24,000 nucleotides of DNA from Hespellia sp. (lineage in GTDB: Bacteria; Bacillota; Clostridia; Lachnospirales; Lachnospiraceae). The notes below the pieces were generated by a model, which saw only the letters and a program-made list of their open reading frames with translations, did no database searches and was not told the DNA's origin. Below are positions 7,808-17,452 of the stretch, piece by piece; position 1 is the first letter of the stretch; the number at the start of each line of letters is the position of its first letter. The stretch lies in contig JAQUVD010000026.1 of assembly GCA_028693555.1 (NCBI GenBank), positions 24,846 through 48,845 of the forward strand, written 5' to 3'. A program made the translations under genes and the position numbers.

Positions 7808-10183
7808 ATGGAAAAACGTGGAATGAATGAGCGGATTCAGAAGCTGAGACAGGAAAGTGTAGAGACGCAGCCGTGTCTCGATATGGAGCGGGCAAAGATC
7901 GAGACAGAGACTTATAAGCGATACGAAGGTGAACTTTCGATTCCGGAACTGCGGGCACAGGTTCTCTATGATTATTTTGCGCAGAAGACATTACACATCG
8001 GGGAGGGAGAACTGATTGTAGGGGAAAAGGGAAAAGCACCTTTAAATGCACTGACATTTCCAGAACTATGCTGCCATACACTCGATGATATGCATATGAT
8101 GAATGATCGAGAACTGATTCGCTTTCAAGTAAATGACGAAGATTTTGAATATCAGAAAAATGTAATTATTCCCTATTGGGAGAAGCGTTCTATTCGCCAC
8201 AAGATCGTAAGCAGTATGACTGATGAGTGGCGCTGCTGTTATGAAAATGGATTATTTACGGAATTCATGGAACAGCGTGGACCGGGTCATACGGCTGGTG
8301 CAGATAAATTCTATTACAAAGGATTTGCAGAAATCAAAGCGGAGATTGAAGATACCATTGAGAATTTGGATTTTCTGCATGATATTCAGGCATCAGATAA
8401 GAGGGATGAGCTGCGGGCAATGGCAAAGGCGTGTGATGCAATCATGCTTTTGGGCGCGCGTTATGCCTTGTTAGCAGAAGAGATGGCAGATGCAGAAGAA
8501 GATAAGAAGAGGAAATGTGAATTACTTCAGATTGCTGAGAACTGCAGAGTTGTGCCAGCACATAAGCCAAAGACATACTGGCAGGCGATTCAGACATACT
8601 GGTTCGTGCATCTTTCTGTGACATCAGAGCTGAATCCATGGGATGCGTACTCACCGGGAAGATTGGATCAGCACTTATATCCATTCTATGAAAAAGATGT
8701 GGGAGCAGAGCGGCTGGATGATGAAAAAGCATTGGAATTGTTAGAATGTCTGTGGATAAAGTTCAATAATCAGCCAGCACCTCCGAAGGTTGGAATTACG
8801 CTGAAGGAGTCGGCAACGTACACGGATTTTGCGAACATTAACACTGGTGGCATTAAACCGGATGGCAGTAATGGAGTCAATGAAGTGAGCTATCTGATTC
8901 TGGACTGTATGGATGAGATGAAGCTTCTTCAACCCAGCTCGAATGTGCAGATCAGTCGAAAGACACCGGATCGGTTTTTGAAAAGAGCATGTGAGATATC
9001 TAGAAAAGGCTGGGGACAGCCGGCATTTTATAACACGGAAGCAATTATTCAGGAATTATTAAATGCAGGAAAATCACTGGAAGATGCAAGAAAGGGCGGC
9101 TCCAGCGGATGTGTGGAGACCGGTGCGTGGGGAAGCGAGTGCTATATTCTGACAGGATATTTAAATATTCCGAAGATTCTGGAGCTGACTTTAAATGACG
9201 GTTTAGATCCTGTTTCCGGAAAGCAGATCGGGCCAAAACTCGGAAATGCCACAGATTTTAAGAGCTATGAAGAGCTGTGGGATGCCTTTGAAAAGCAGAT
9301 GACCTATATCATTGATATCAAGATAGCCGGAAATAACGTGATAGAGAAAATCTATGAAAAGTATATGCCGGTTCCGTTTTTATCGACGATTGTTTACGAC
9401 TGCATTTCCAAAGGGAAGGATTATAACGGCGGCGGAGCGCGCTATAATACAAAATATATTCAGGGAACAGGGATTGGAACTGTTACAGATTCACTTGCGG
9501 CAATTCGTTATAATGTGTATGATAAGAATAAGTTTTCAATGGAAGAACTGATGCAGGCATTGAAAGATAATTTCAACGGGCATGAGCAGACGTGGAATCT
9601 TGTGAAGAATCATACACCGAAGTATGGAAATGATGATGACTATGCGGATGCAATTATGAGCCAGGTGTTCGGTGCATATGCAAACCTTGTTGTCGGACGG
9701 CCGAATATGCTGGGGGGAACTTACCAGATTGACATGCTGCCAACGACATGCCATGTATACTTTGGCGAGGTGATGGGAGCGAGTGCAAATGGGCGACTTG
9801 CGCATGTGCCTATCTCAGAGGGAATTTCCCCGGAGAAGGGTGCAGATGTGCATGGACCGACTGCCGTTGTGAACTCATGCGCGAAGATGGATCATCTTCG
9901 TACCGGTGGAACACTTCTGAACCAGAAGTTCACGCCAGGCGTGGTTGCAGGCGAGGCGGGATTGACCCAGATGGGGAATCTGGTACGGACTTACTTCAAT
10001 ATGGATGGACATCACATCCAGTTCAATGTAGTGGACCGCAGAATTCTGCTGGAGGCACAGAAGCATCCGGAGGATTACAAGGATCTCATTGTACGGGTAG
10101 CGGGTTACAGCGATCATTTCCGCAATTTAAGCAGGGCATTGCAGGATGAGATCATCAATCGTACCGAGCAGAGTTTTTCTTGA
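7808..10183 (+). CDS. hypD: Glycyl radical enzyme, probable trans-4-hydroxy-L-proline dehydratase (HypD)
   Basis: Glycyl-radical loop ..LIVRVAGYSDHF.. (Gly codon 10103-10105). Thiyl loop ..GGSSGCVETG.. (Cys 9110-9112, Glu 9116-9118) is the Cys-x-Glu of eliminase-type GREs.

It sits immediately upstream of a P5C reductase gene, the diagnostic context for HypD.

Start is ambiguous: ATG 7790 (ATGA overlap), ATG 7808 (AAAGGA RBS 7 nt upstream) or ATG 7823. With 7808 the protein is 791 aa with Cys435/Glu437/Gly766. From memory, C. difficile HypD has Cys434/Glu436/Gly765. The GRE call itself is about 0.97; the substrate assignment is lower. Confidence 0.75.
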   Translation: MEKRGMNERIQKLRQESVETQPCLDMERAKIETETYKRYEGELSIPELRAQVLYDYFAQKTLHIGEGELIVGEKGKAPLNALTFPELCCHTLDDMHMMNDRELIRFQVNDEDFEYQKNVIIPYWEKRSIRHKIVSSMTDEWRCCYENGLFTEFMEQRGPGHTAGADKFYYKGFAEIKAEIEDTIENLDFLHDIQASDKRDELRAMAKACDAIMLLGARYALLAEEMADAEEDKKRKCELLQIAENCRVVPAHKPKTYWQAIQTYWFVHLSVTSELNPWDAYSPGRLDQHLYPFYEKDVGAERLDDEKALELLECLWIKFNNQPAPPKVGITLKESATYTDFANINTGGIKPDGSNGVNEVSYLILDCMDEMKLLQPSSNVQISRKTPDRFLKRACEISRKGWGQPAFYNTEAIIQELLNAGKSLEDARKGGSSGCVETGAWGSECYILTGYLNIPKILELTLNDGLDPVSGKQIGPKLGNATDFKSYEELWDAFEKQMTYIIDIKIAGNNVIEKIYEKYMPVPFLSTIVYDCISKGKDYNGGGARYNTKYIQGTGIGTVTDSLAAIRYNVYDKNKFSMEELMQALKDNFNGHEQTWNLVKNHTPKYGNDDDYADAIMSQVFGAYANLVVGRPNMLGGTYQIDMLPTTCHVYFGEVMGASANGRLAHVPISEGISPEKGADVHGPTAVVNSCAKMDHLRTGGTLLNQKFTPGVVAGEAGLTQMGNLVRTYFNMDGHHIQFNVVDRRILLEAQKHPEDYKDLIVRVAGYSDHFRNLSRALQDEIINRTEQSFS

Positions 10184-10216
10184 AACAATATAAAAATAAT
10201 TGAGAGGAGAAAAAAG

Positions 10217-11011
10217 ATGAAATTAGGATTTATTGGGTTTGGAAATATGGCTAAGGCAATTCTTGGAGGTGTTTTAAAGAATGGAATGGCTGCAAAGGAA
10301 GATGTCATAATCTCAGCGGCACATGAGGAAACCATTCAGAAAGCGGAGGCAGAATTTGGTGTGAAGACAACCTTACATAACTCCGAGGTGGCTGAACAGG
10401 TGGATGTTCTGATTTTAGCAGTCAAACCAATGTACTATGAGGAAGTATTAAAGGAAGTCTCAGAAAAAGTGAGGGCAGACCAGCTTGTAATTTCAATTGC
10501 ACCGGGAAAGACAATGGAGTGGATCACTGCAATACTTGGAGCTGGAAAGAAAGTTGTCCGCACCATGCCAAATACGCCGGCGTTGGTTGGAGAAGGGATG
10601 ACTGCTGTCTGCTATAATGAAGCAATTACAGATGCGGATAAAGAGATGGTGATGGCAATTTTATCATCATTTGGAAAGGCAGAAGAAATCAAAGAATATA
10701 TGATGGATGCGGTGGTTGCAGTCAGTGGAAGCTCACCGGCGTATGTCTATATGTTCATCGAAGCGATGGCGGATGCAGCAGTTGCAGAAGGACTTCCACG
10801 CGCAGCAGCTTATGAATTTGCGGCGCAGTCTGTATATGGAAGTGCCAAGATGGTGCTTGAGACAGGATTGCACCCGGGAGTACTAAAGGATCAGGTATGT
10901 TCTCCGGGCGGTACAACGATTCAGGCAGTAGAAGTGCTAGAGAAAAAAGGAATGCGCAGTGCAATCATGGAAGCGATGACAGCATGTGCAGAGAAATCAA
11001 GAGGGATGTAA
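10217..11011 (+). CDS. proC: Pyrroline-5-carboxylate reductase
   Basis: 264 aa. N-terminal Rossmann motif MKLGFIGFGNMAKAI.., ..RTMPNTPALVGEGMT.., ..SPGGTTIQAVEVLEKKG.. are typical ProC. RBS GAGAGGAG, 33 nt after the GRE stop. Confidence 0.92.
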   Translation: MKLGFIGFGNMAKAILGGVLKNGMAAKEDVIISAAHEETIQKAEAEFGVKTTLHNSEVAEQVDVLILAVKPMYYEEVLKEVSEKVRADQLVISIAPGKTMEWITAILGAGKKVVRTMPNTPALVGEGMTAVCYNEAITDADKEMVMAILSSFGKAEEIKEYMMDAVVAVSGSSPAYVYMFIEAMADAAVAEGLPRAAAYEFAAQSVYGSAKMVLETGLHPGVLKDQVCSPGGTTIQAVEVLEKKGMRSAIMEAMTACAEKSRGM

Positions 11012-12409
11012 ATGGAGAACCGAAATAGCTGGTATCGAAGGCTGCCCAAGGTAGATATTCTAATAGATACAGAGTTTTCGGATGAGGTTGAGCAATATGG
11101 GAAATCGATGGTCACTGTTTGTGTGAATCAGGAGATCTCACGCATTCGTGAAGTGATTCCCCATCTGCATACCGAGGCGGAGCTGATGCAGCAATTACAG
11201 GATCTACATTCTCATATCAAAACAGCGTTGGCAGAATCCCAGAGTCGTCATTTCCGGCGCGTAATCAATGCGACCGGGGTAATTCTCCATACGAATCTTG
11301 GCAGAGCACCGCTTCCGGAAGAAATTGTGACGCGTGCGATGCAGAAGCTGACCGGGTATACGAATTTAGAATATAACCTGCAGTCTGGAGAACGGGGAGA
11401 ACGGTATGCACATTTCGAGGAAATGATTTGCCAGATTACGGGAGCAGAGGCTGCATTTGCAGTGAACAACAATGCAGCTGCGGTTCTGCTTATGATGAGC
11501 GCGCTGGGACAGGGCAGAGAAATCATTGTATCTCGCGGAGAACAGATTGAGATTGGCGGCAAATTCCGTATTCCGGATATCATGGATCAGAGTGGCTGTC
11601 ATCGTGTGGAAGTTGGAACGACAAATAAGACTCGTTTGTCTGATTATGAAGAGGCTCTTACGGAGAACACGGCAGCATTGCTTAAGGTGCATACCAGCAA
11701 TTTCCGAATCGAAGGATTTACCGAAAATGTGAGTCGGCAGGAGTTGGTTACACTGGCACAGCAATATCAGATTCCGGTAATGGAAGATCTGGGAAGCGGC
11801 GTTCTGATTGATTTGTCGCGTTACGGGATCAAGCGGGAGCCGACGGTTATGGATAGTTTAGCGGCGGGGGTAGATCTCGTATCCTTTAGCGGAGATAAAC
11901 TTCTGGGCGGACCACAGGCGGGAATTATTGTCGGTAAAAGGAAATGGGTGGATCTCTGTAAGAAGCATCCACTTACACGGGCGATGCGGGTTGACAAGTT
12001 TACGGTTGCAATTCTGGAGGAAATATTTGCTCTTTACCAGGATTTTTCGTTCGCAATCAGCAAGATTCCTGTTCTCTCGATGCTCACAGCCGATGAGAAA
12101 GCGCTTCGGAAAAAAGCAGACAGATTCTGTGCGCAGTTAGCAGGTCTGCCGTCGGATTATCATGTTCGAACGGTTGTCTGTGAAAGTGCAGCCGGCGGCG
12201 GTTCGTTGCCCGGGGAGGTGCTGCCAAGCGTTGGTGTGCGGATTGAGAACGCCCGCATGCAGGCAGGCGAGGTGCAAAGTAAACTGCATCAGGCGGAAGA
12301 GCCATTGATCCTCAGGGTGGAGAATCAGGGTCTGTTATTGGATATGCGTACGCTATTTCCGGAAGAATTAGACAGGGCAGCGAAGTTATTAAAGGATCAG
12401 TTAAAATAA
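11012..12409 (+). CDS. selA: L-seryl-tRNA(Sec) selenium transferase (selenocysteine synthase)
   Basis: 465 aa. ..RRVINATGVILHTNLGRAPL.. and the PLP-lysine region ..VSFSGDKLLGGPQAGIIVGK.. are characteristic of SelA. The ATG directly abuts the proC stop (TAAATG, 11009-11014). Confidence 0.92.
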   Translation: MENRNSWYRRLPKVDILIDTEFSDEVEQYGKSMVTVCVNQEISRIREVIPHLHTEAELMQQLQDLHSHIKTALAESQSRHFRRVINATGVILHTNLGRAPLPEEIVTRAMQKLTGYTNLEYNLQSGERGERYAHFEEMICQITGAEAAFAVNNNAAAVLLMMSALGQGREIIVSRGEQIEIGGKFRIPDIMDQSGCHRVEVGTTNKTRLSDYEEALTENTAALLKVHTSNFRIEGFTENVSRQELVTLAQQYQIPVMEDLGSGVLIDLSRYGIKREPTVMDSLAAGVDLVSFSGDKLLGGPQAGIIVGKRKWVDLCKKHPLTRAMRVDKFTVAILEEIFALYQDFSFAISKIPVLSMLTADEKALRKKADRFCAQLAGLPSDYHVRTVVCESAAGGGSLPGEVLPSVGVRIENARMQAGEVQSKLHQAEEPLILRVENQGLLLDMRTLFPEELDRAAKLLKDQLK

Positions 12410-12410
12410 T

Positions 12411-14381
12411 ATGGAACATATAATCATAGGAACTGCAGGGCATATCGATCATGGAAAGACGGCACTTATTCGCGCACTGACTGGCAGGGATACCGATACA
12501 TTAAAAGAAGAAAAAAAACGGGGAATTACCATAGACCTGGGGTTTACCTACTTTGATCTGCCAAATGGCAGCAGGGCAGGTGTGATTGACGTTCCCGGTC
12601 ATGAGAAGTTCCTTTCTAATATGCTGGCGGGAGTCTGCGGAATGGATCTTGTTCTGCTTGTGATTGCGTTGGATGAAGGAATCATGCCGCAGACAAGAGA
12701 ACACATGGAGATTCTGCGATATTTGAACATCCGACAGGGAATCCTTGTGCTAACGAAATGCGATCTTGTCGAACCGGAATGGGCTGATATGATGGAAGAC
12801 GAGATTCGTCAGGAATTATCAACAACAATATTTGCAAAGTGGAAATACATTAGAGTTTCATCTGTGGATCGGACTGGAATGGATCAGTTAAAAGAAATGA
12901 TTGCTGTATCATCGAACCAAATGGAGAGGAACAGGGACACGGATGGAAGATGTCGACTTCCGGTTGACCGGGTGATGTCTCTGAAAGGGCTGGGAACTGT
13001 TGTTGCAGGAACACTGTTGGAAGGTGTCCTTCATGTTGGAACGGATGTCATGCTATATCCATCCGGCAGGGAATCCTATATCAAAAGCATACAGGTTCAC
13101 GGAAACAATGTGGACAAAGCATTTGCAGGACAGCGCTGTGCAATGCTGCTTTCCGGTGTGAAAAAGGATGCGATAAAAAGAGGTGTTGTTGTGGCATATC
13201 CGAATTCACTCAGAAATGCAGATCGCCTGGACGTTGTGATTCATATGGACTCGGATACGGAACGGAAAATCAAGAATCAGAGCCGTGTGCATCTTTATAT
13301 TGGAACATCAGAATGTGTGAGCCGGATTGTTCTTTTGGATAAAAATGAACTTCAAAAAGGAGAGAAGGCGTATGCACAGTTGATTTTGGAGGAAGAACTG
13401 GCAGTTCGTAAGGGAGATCGCTTTGTACTTCGGTTTTATTCGCCCCTTGAGATTATTGGCGGCGGAATCATACTAGATGAATGTGCTGTAAAACATAAGC
13501 GAAATGATCCGGAGGTCACCAGCTATCTGAGGAACAAGGAGAATAATCAAGACGAAAGAATTTTAAGACAGGTCATACAGAATTCCGGAAAACCGATTTG
13601 CCCGGAAGAAATCGGGCAATTCTGTAAAATTGAAAAAAATACGTTGAAACTACTGCTGGATGAACTTGAAAAAGAACGAGAGTGTATGGTATTTCAGACA
13701 AAGAACAGGAAATTCTATTGGTCGTATCTTGTAGAAGACACCGTGTGGGAGCAGGTAGAAGTATTTCTGCACCAATACCATCAGGAACATCGTTATCGAT
13801 TGGGTGTAGAAAAGACAATATTGAAAAATCATGTGTTTTCAAAGTGGGAAATCAATCGATTTGACGCATATATGCTATTTTGCAGCAGTGAAGGAAAACT
13901 AGAAGCAGGAAACGATGGAAACAGCTATCACATTGTCGGTGAATATCCGGAAATGGACGAGGAACTTGAAGAATTGGAAAGCCGCCTGAAAAAAGAATTT
14001 CAAACAGCCGGAGTGAATTTCAGAAATGTAAAAGATCTGGTCGGGACTGTGAACGGTCATGATTTTTCTATCGATATAGAAAATTTCCGGGATGCACTGC
14101 AGTTTCTTGCAGTGGAAAAAAAGGTGACGAGAATTTCGGATGAATTCTATACAACAAATGAAATTGCAGAAATAATCAAAGAAAATGTGATACATTATTT
14201 TGAGGAAAATGAAGTGATATCATTTGCGTCTTTACGTGATCTGCTTGGTACAAGCCGAAGGACAGCAAAGCCTCTCATGGCCTATTTAGATGAGCAGAAG
14301 ATTACACAATGGTGTGGAAAAGAGACGGAAAGAAAGAGGTACCAATGGAAAAAAAGCAGGCAATTGGGTATTGACAAATGA
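12411..14381 (+). CDS. selB: Selenocysteine-specific translation elongation factor
   Basis: 656 aa. EF-Tu-like GTPase N-terminus (IIGTAGHIDHGKTALIRALTG, DVPGHEKF, TKCD) plus a long C-terminal winged-helix extension of the size expected for the SECIS-binding part of SelB. Starts 1 nt after the selA stop. Confidence 0.92.
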   Translation: MEHIIIGTAGHIDHGKTALIRALTGRDTDTLKEEKKRGITIDLGFTYFDLPNGSRAGVIDVPGHEKFLSNMLAGVCGMDLVLLVIALDEGIMPQTREHMEILRYLNIRQGILVLTKCDLVEPEWADMMEDEIRQELSTTIFAKWKYIRVSSVDRTGMDQLKEMIAVSSNQMERNRDTDGRCRLPVDRVMSLKGLGTVVAGTLLEGVLHVGTDVMLYPSGRESYIKSIQVHGNNVDKAFAGQRCAMLLSGVKKDAIKRGVVVAYPNSLRNADRLDVVIHMDSDTERKIKNQSRVHLYIGTSECVSRIVLLDKNELQKGEKAYAQLILEEELAVRKGDRFVLRFYSPLEIIGGGIILDECAVKHKRNDPEVTSYLRNKENNQDERILRQVIQNSGKPICPEEIGQFCKIEKNTLKLLLDELEKERECMVFQTKNRKFYWSYLVEDTVWEQVEVFLHQYHQEHRYRLGVEKTILKNHVFSKWEINRFDAYMLFCSSEGKLEAGNDGNSYHIVGEYPEMDEELEELESRLKKEFQTAGVNFRNVKDLVGTVNGHDFSIDIENFRDALQFLAVEKKVTRISDEFYTTNEIAEIIKENVIHYFEENEVISFASLRDLLGTSRRTAKPLMAYLDEQKITQWCGKETERKRYQWKKSRQLGIDK

Positions 14382-14399
14382 GAAAGTCTGTATTAGAGT
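14371..14399 (+). promoter_or_regulatory. Candidate promoter for the T-box leader
   Basis: TTGACA (14371-14376, overlapping the last selB codons), 17-nt spacer, TAGAGT (14394-14399). Pattern only. Confidence 0.4.
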
Positions 14400-14420
14400 A
14401 ATATTCATGAAATACAAAAA

Positions 14421-14686
14421 CCGTTGAGAAAGACGAGTAGATTATTGTGCGACATTCCAGAGAGTGGCAGGTGGTGAGATTGCCATATGAAGTAGATAGT
14501 TGAATGGACTTTTGAGGGCTGCCTGAAATCGATGAGAGAGTATGGTGTGTCGGGAACCGAACCCGTTATCAATCAGGAGTGTATGCTAGTACATGAGAAA
14601 GTGGACATGATGTCAATTTGAGTGGTACCGCGATAATATGAATTTATTACCGCCTCAAACCTTTTGGTTTGGGGCGGTTTTTTTAA
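14421..14686 (+). promoter_or_regulatory. T-box riboswitch leader with UGG (Trp) specifier
   Basis: Stem I base with GA/K-turn: CC-GUUGA-GAAAG (14421-14432) pairs with CUUUU-GA-GG (14509-17).

Specifier loop: GAGUA on the 5' side (14435-39), and GAA-UGG-A on the 3' side with the codon at 14505-14507.

AG bulge CCAGAGAG (14457-64) and distal loop GGUGGUGAGA (14470-79).

T-box sequence AAUUUGAGUGGUACCGCG (14615-14632). Its UUUGAG pairs with CUCAAA (14654-59), giving the antiterminator.

Competing terminator ACCGCCTCAAACC (14649-61) / GGTTTGGGGCGGT (14666-78) plus T7. Confidence 0.9.
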
Positions 14687-14717
14687 TTCAAAGGGAAGAA
14701 GAAAAGGAGAGAAAATT

Positions 14718-15749
14718 ATGAAAAAGAAAATGGCAGCAGTATTGATGGTAGCAGCGATGGTAGGTACAATGACAGGATGCGCAGGCAAGTCGGCGAATGA
14801 TAGCGGATCGTCAGCCGCAGGAACAAATGAGCCGGCTTATACGATTGGTATTTCCCAGTTTGCAGAGCATGGCTCTTTGGAAAATTGCCGAGAAGGATTC
14901 CTCAAGGGCCTGGAGGCGGAAGGAATTGTGGAAGGAAAGAATTTGACGGTTGAGTATAAAAACGCAGCCGCAGATATGGGAACTGCAGGACAGATTGCAG
15001 ATGCCTTCGTATCGGATCAGGTGGATCTGATGTGCGGAATTGCAACACCAAGTGCCCAGACCTGCTATAATGCAGCGATGGATGCAGGAATCCCGGTTAT
15101 CTTCACAGCGGTTACAGATCCGGTCAGTGCAGAGCTTGCAGATCAGGATGGCGCTCCGGTTGGAGAGGTGACCGGTACAAGTGATAAACTTGCAGTAGAC
15201 GCACAGCTTGAGATGATTCGTGAGATGCTTCCGGATGCGAAAAAGCTGGGCATTATGTATACGACAAGCGAAGTGAATTCGGTTTCTGCAATTGCGGAAT
15301 ATAAGGAAGCAGTCGATAAATATGGATTTGAGCTCGTGACAAAAGGAATTTCTACAACTGCAGATGTATCCCTTGCAGCAGACGATCTTCTCTCAGAGGT
15401 TGACTGTATGACGAATCTGACGGATAATACAGTAGTGGCTTCTCTTCCTACTATTTTAGAGAAGGCAAATGAAAAGAAAATCCCAGTATTTGGAAGCGAA
15501 ATCGAGCAGGTAAAGATTGGATGTCTTGCAGCGGAAGGACTGGATTATGTCGCACTTGGAGAGCAGACAGGAAAGATGGCGGCACAGATTCTTAAGGGAG
15601 AGAAAAAAGCTTCCGAAATGAATTTCGAGACAATTACAGAGAGTGAATTATATTACAATTCGGCAGTAGCAGATCTTCTTGGAATCAAAGTAGATGAGAA
15701 AATTTCAGGAAGCGCAGTAGAGACATTTGATTCAATAGAAACAGAATAA
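14718..15749 (+). CDS. ABC transporter substrate-binding lipoprotein (COG2984 / ABC_sub_bind family; predicted Trp-uptake TrpX-type)
   Basis: 343 aa from ATG 14718 (RBS AAGGAGA). Signal peptide plus lipobox ..GTMTGC.. Family resemblance (..IGISQFAEHGSLENCREGF..). The ORF-track start at 14664 lies inside the T-box terminator. Substrate is inferred only from the UGG specifier. Confidence 0.85.
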   Translation: MKKKMAAVLMVAAMVGTMTGCAGKSANDSGSSAAGTNEPAYTIGISQFAEHGSLENCREGFLKGLEAEGIVEGKNLTVEYKNAAADMGTAGQIADAFVSDQVDLMCGIATPSAQTCYNAAMDAGIPVIFTAVTDPVSAELADQDGAPVGEVTGTSDKLAVDAQLEMIREMLPDAKKLGIMYTTSEVNSVSAIAEYKEAVDKYGFELVTKGISTTADVSLAADDLLSEVDCMTNLTDNTVVASLPTILEKANEKKIPVFGSEIEQVKIGCLAAEGLDYVALGEQTGKMAAQILKGEKKASEMNFETITESELYYNSAVADLLGIKVDEKISGSAVETFDSIETE

Positions 15750-15765
15750 ACAGGGAGCAGTCATC

Positions 15766-16647
15766 ATGAATATGATTATTACAATTTTAGAACAGGGACT
15801 GATATACGGAATACTCGCACTGGGGGTTTATATCACATATAAGATTCTGGATTTCCCGGATCTGACCGTGGATGGGAGCTTCCCGCTGGGAGCTTCGGTG
15901 ACAGCAATGCTGATTACCAGAGGAGTCAATCCCTATCTCACACTTCCCATCGCGTTTGGGGTTGGAGTTCTGGCGGGTGTGTGCACGGGTCTGATTCATG
16001 TGAAATGCAAGGTCAGAGATCTACTGTCAGGGATTATTATGATGACTGCATTATGGTCAATCAATCTTTATATTGCGGGGACAGCAAATGTCCCTCTGTT
16101 TTCACAGAAGACGATTTTCAAAAATGACTTCACAAGCAGTATATTTAAGGGGGCGTTAGCGCCTTATGCAACGTTGATAATTGTTCTTATTATTGCGTTG
16201 GTATGCAAAGTATTGCTTGATGCCTACCTTCGAACCAAGTCTGGATTTTTACTTCGGGCAGTTGGGGATAACGATACACTTGTGACCTCCCTGGCAAAGG
16301 ATGAAGGCAATGTCAAGATTCTTGGTCTGGCACTTGCAAATGGTCTCGTAAGTCTGGCGGGCGCTGTGTTCTGTCAGGAACAGCGGGTATTTGAAATTTC
16401 AATGGGAACCGGAGCGATTGTAATTGGTCTGGCAAGCGTAATTATCGGAACCAGCTTATTTAAAAATCTTTCATTTTTAAAAGCGACCACCGCAGTTCTG
16501 ATTGGATCGATTATTTACAAGGCGTGCGTGGCAATTGCAATCAGACAGTTCGAACCACAGAGCATGAAACTGATTACTGCGGTATTGTTCCTGGTTATTT
16601 TGATCCTCAGTATGGATAGAAAGAAGAAGGTAAAAACGAATGCTTGA
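15766..16647 (+). CDS. ABC transporter permease (COG4120-type)
   Basis: 293-aa polytopic membrane protein immediately downstream of the binding protein. Overlaps the ATPase gene by 8 nt. Confidence 0.85.
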   Translation: MNMIITILEQGLIYGILALGVYITYKILDFPDLTVDGSFPLGASVTAMLITRGVNPYLTLPIAFGVGVLAGVCTGLIHVKCKVRDLLSGIIMMTALWSINLYIAGTANVPLFSQKTIFKNDFTSSIFKGALAPYATLIIVLIIALVCKVLLDAYLRTKSGFLLRAVGDNDTLVTSLAKDEGNVKILGLALANGLVSLAGAVFCQEQRVFEISMGTGAIVIGLASVIIGTSLFKNLSFLKATTAVLIGSIIYKACVAIAIRQFEPQSMKLITAVLFLVILILSMDRKKKVKTNA

Positions 16648-17413
16648 GTTGAGAGAAATACAAAAATATTACAATCCGGGTACGGTAAATGAAATGTGTC
16701 TGTTTCAAGGCTTCAACTTGAAAGTGGAGCAGGGTCAGTTTGTCTCGGTTGTAGGCAGTAATGGCTCGGGTAAGACGTCGATGCTGAATATCATCTGTGG
16801 CAGTATTCCCATTGAGGCGGGGCAGATTCTTATCAATGGTGACGACATTACCAAGAAAAAGGAATACATCCGGAATCAGAAAATCGGCAGGGTGTATCAG
16901 AATCCGGCAGTGGGAACATGCCCGAGCATGACCATATTAGAAAATATGTCTTTGGCGGATAACAAAGGAAAACTGTATGGATTGTCTCTCGGTATTAACC
17001 GCCAGCGCAAAGAGCATTACAGAGAACTGCTGGCACAATTAGGTCTGGGTCTGGAAGATAAGCTGGATGTCAAAGTCGGTTCCCTCTCCGGCGGACAGAG
17101 ACAGGCGATGGCACTTTTGATGTCAACCATGACACCGATTGAATTCCTGATTCTGGATGAGCATACGGCGGCACTGGACCCAAAGACCGCGCAGCTCATC
17201 ATGGAACTGACGGATAAGATTGTAAAAGAAAAGAAACTGACCACCATTATGGTTACACATAATCTGAGATATGCGGTCGAATATGGCAATCGTCTGATTA
17301 TGATGCACCAGGGAGAATGCATTATAGATAAAGCCGGGATAGAGAAAGAAAAGATGGAAACAGAGGATATTCTGAAAAGATTCAATGAGATCAGTATCGA
17401 ATGTGGAAATTAA
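16640..17413 (+). CDS. ABC transporter ATP-binding protein (COG1101-type)
   Basis: 257 aa with Walker A GSNGSGKTS, signature LSGGQRQ and Walker B LILDEHTAALD. Confidence 0.92.
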   Translation: MLELREIQKYYNPGTVNEMCLFQGFNLKVEQGQFVSVVGSNGSGKTSMLNIICGSIPIEAGQILINGDDITKKKEYIRNQKIGRVYQNPAVGTCPSMTILENMSLADNKGKLYGLSLGINRQRKEHYRELLAQLGLGLEDKLDVKVGSLSGGQRQAMALLMSTMTPIEFLILDEHTAALDPKTAQLIMELTDKIVKEKKLTTIMVTHNLRYAVEYGNRLIMMHQGECIIDKAGIEKEKMETEDILKRFNEISIECGN

Positions 17414-17416
17414 AAA

Positions 17417-17452
17417 AGAAAAGACAAGGGCAAGCGCGCCCTTGTCTTTTAA
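17417..17452. terminator. Bidirectional terminator shared by the convergent ABC and prd operons
   Basis: 11-bp stem AAGACAAGGGC (17421-31) / GCCCTTGTCTT (17438-48). A-rich run upstream and TTTT downstream. The prdB stop codon (17451-17449, minus strand) abuts the stem. Confidence 0.8.

Noticed and set aside
14664-14717. Upstream start of the ABC binding-protein ORF (MVWGGFFNSKGRRKGEKI..)
   Set aside because: It lies within the T-box terminator 3' arm and U-tract. The signal peptide starts at ATG 14718, which has an AAGGAGA RBS.
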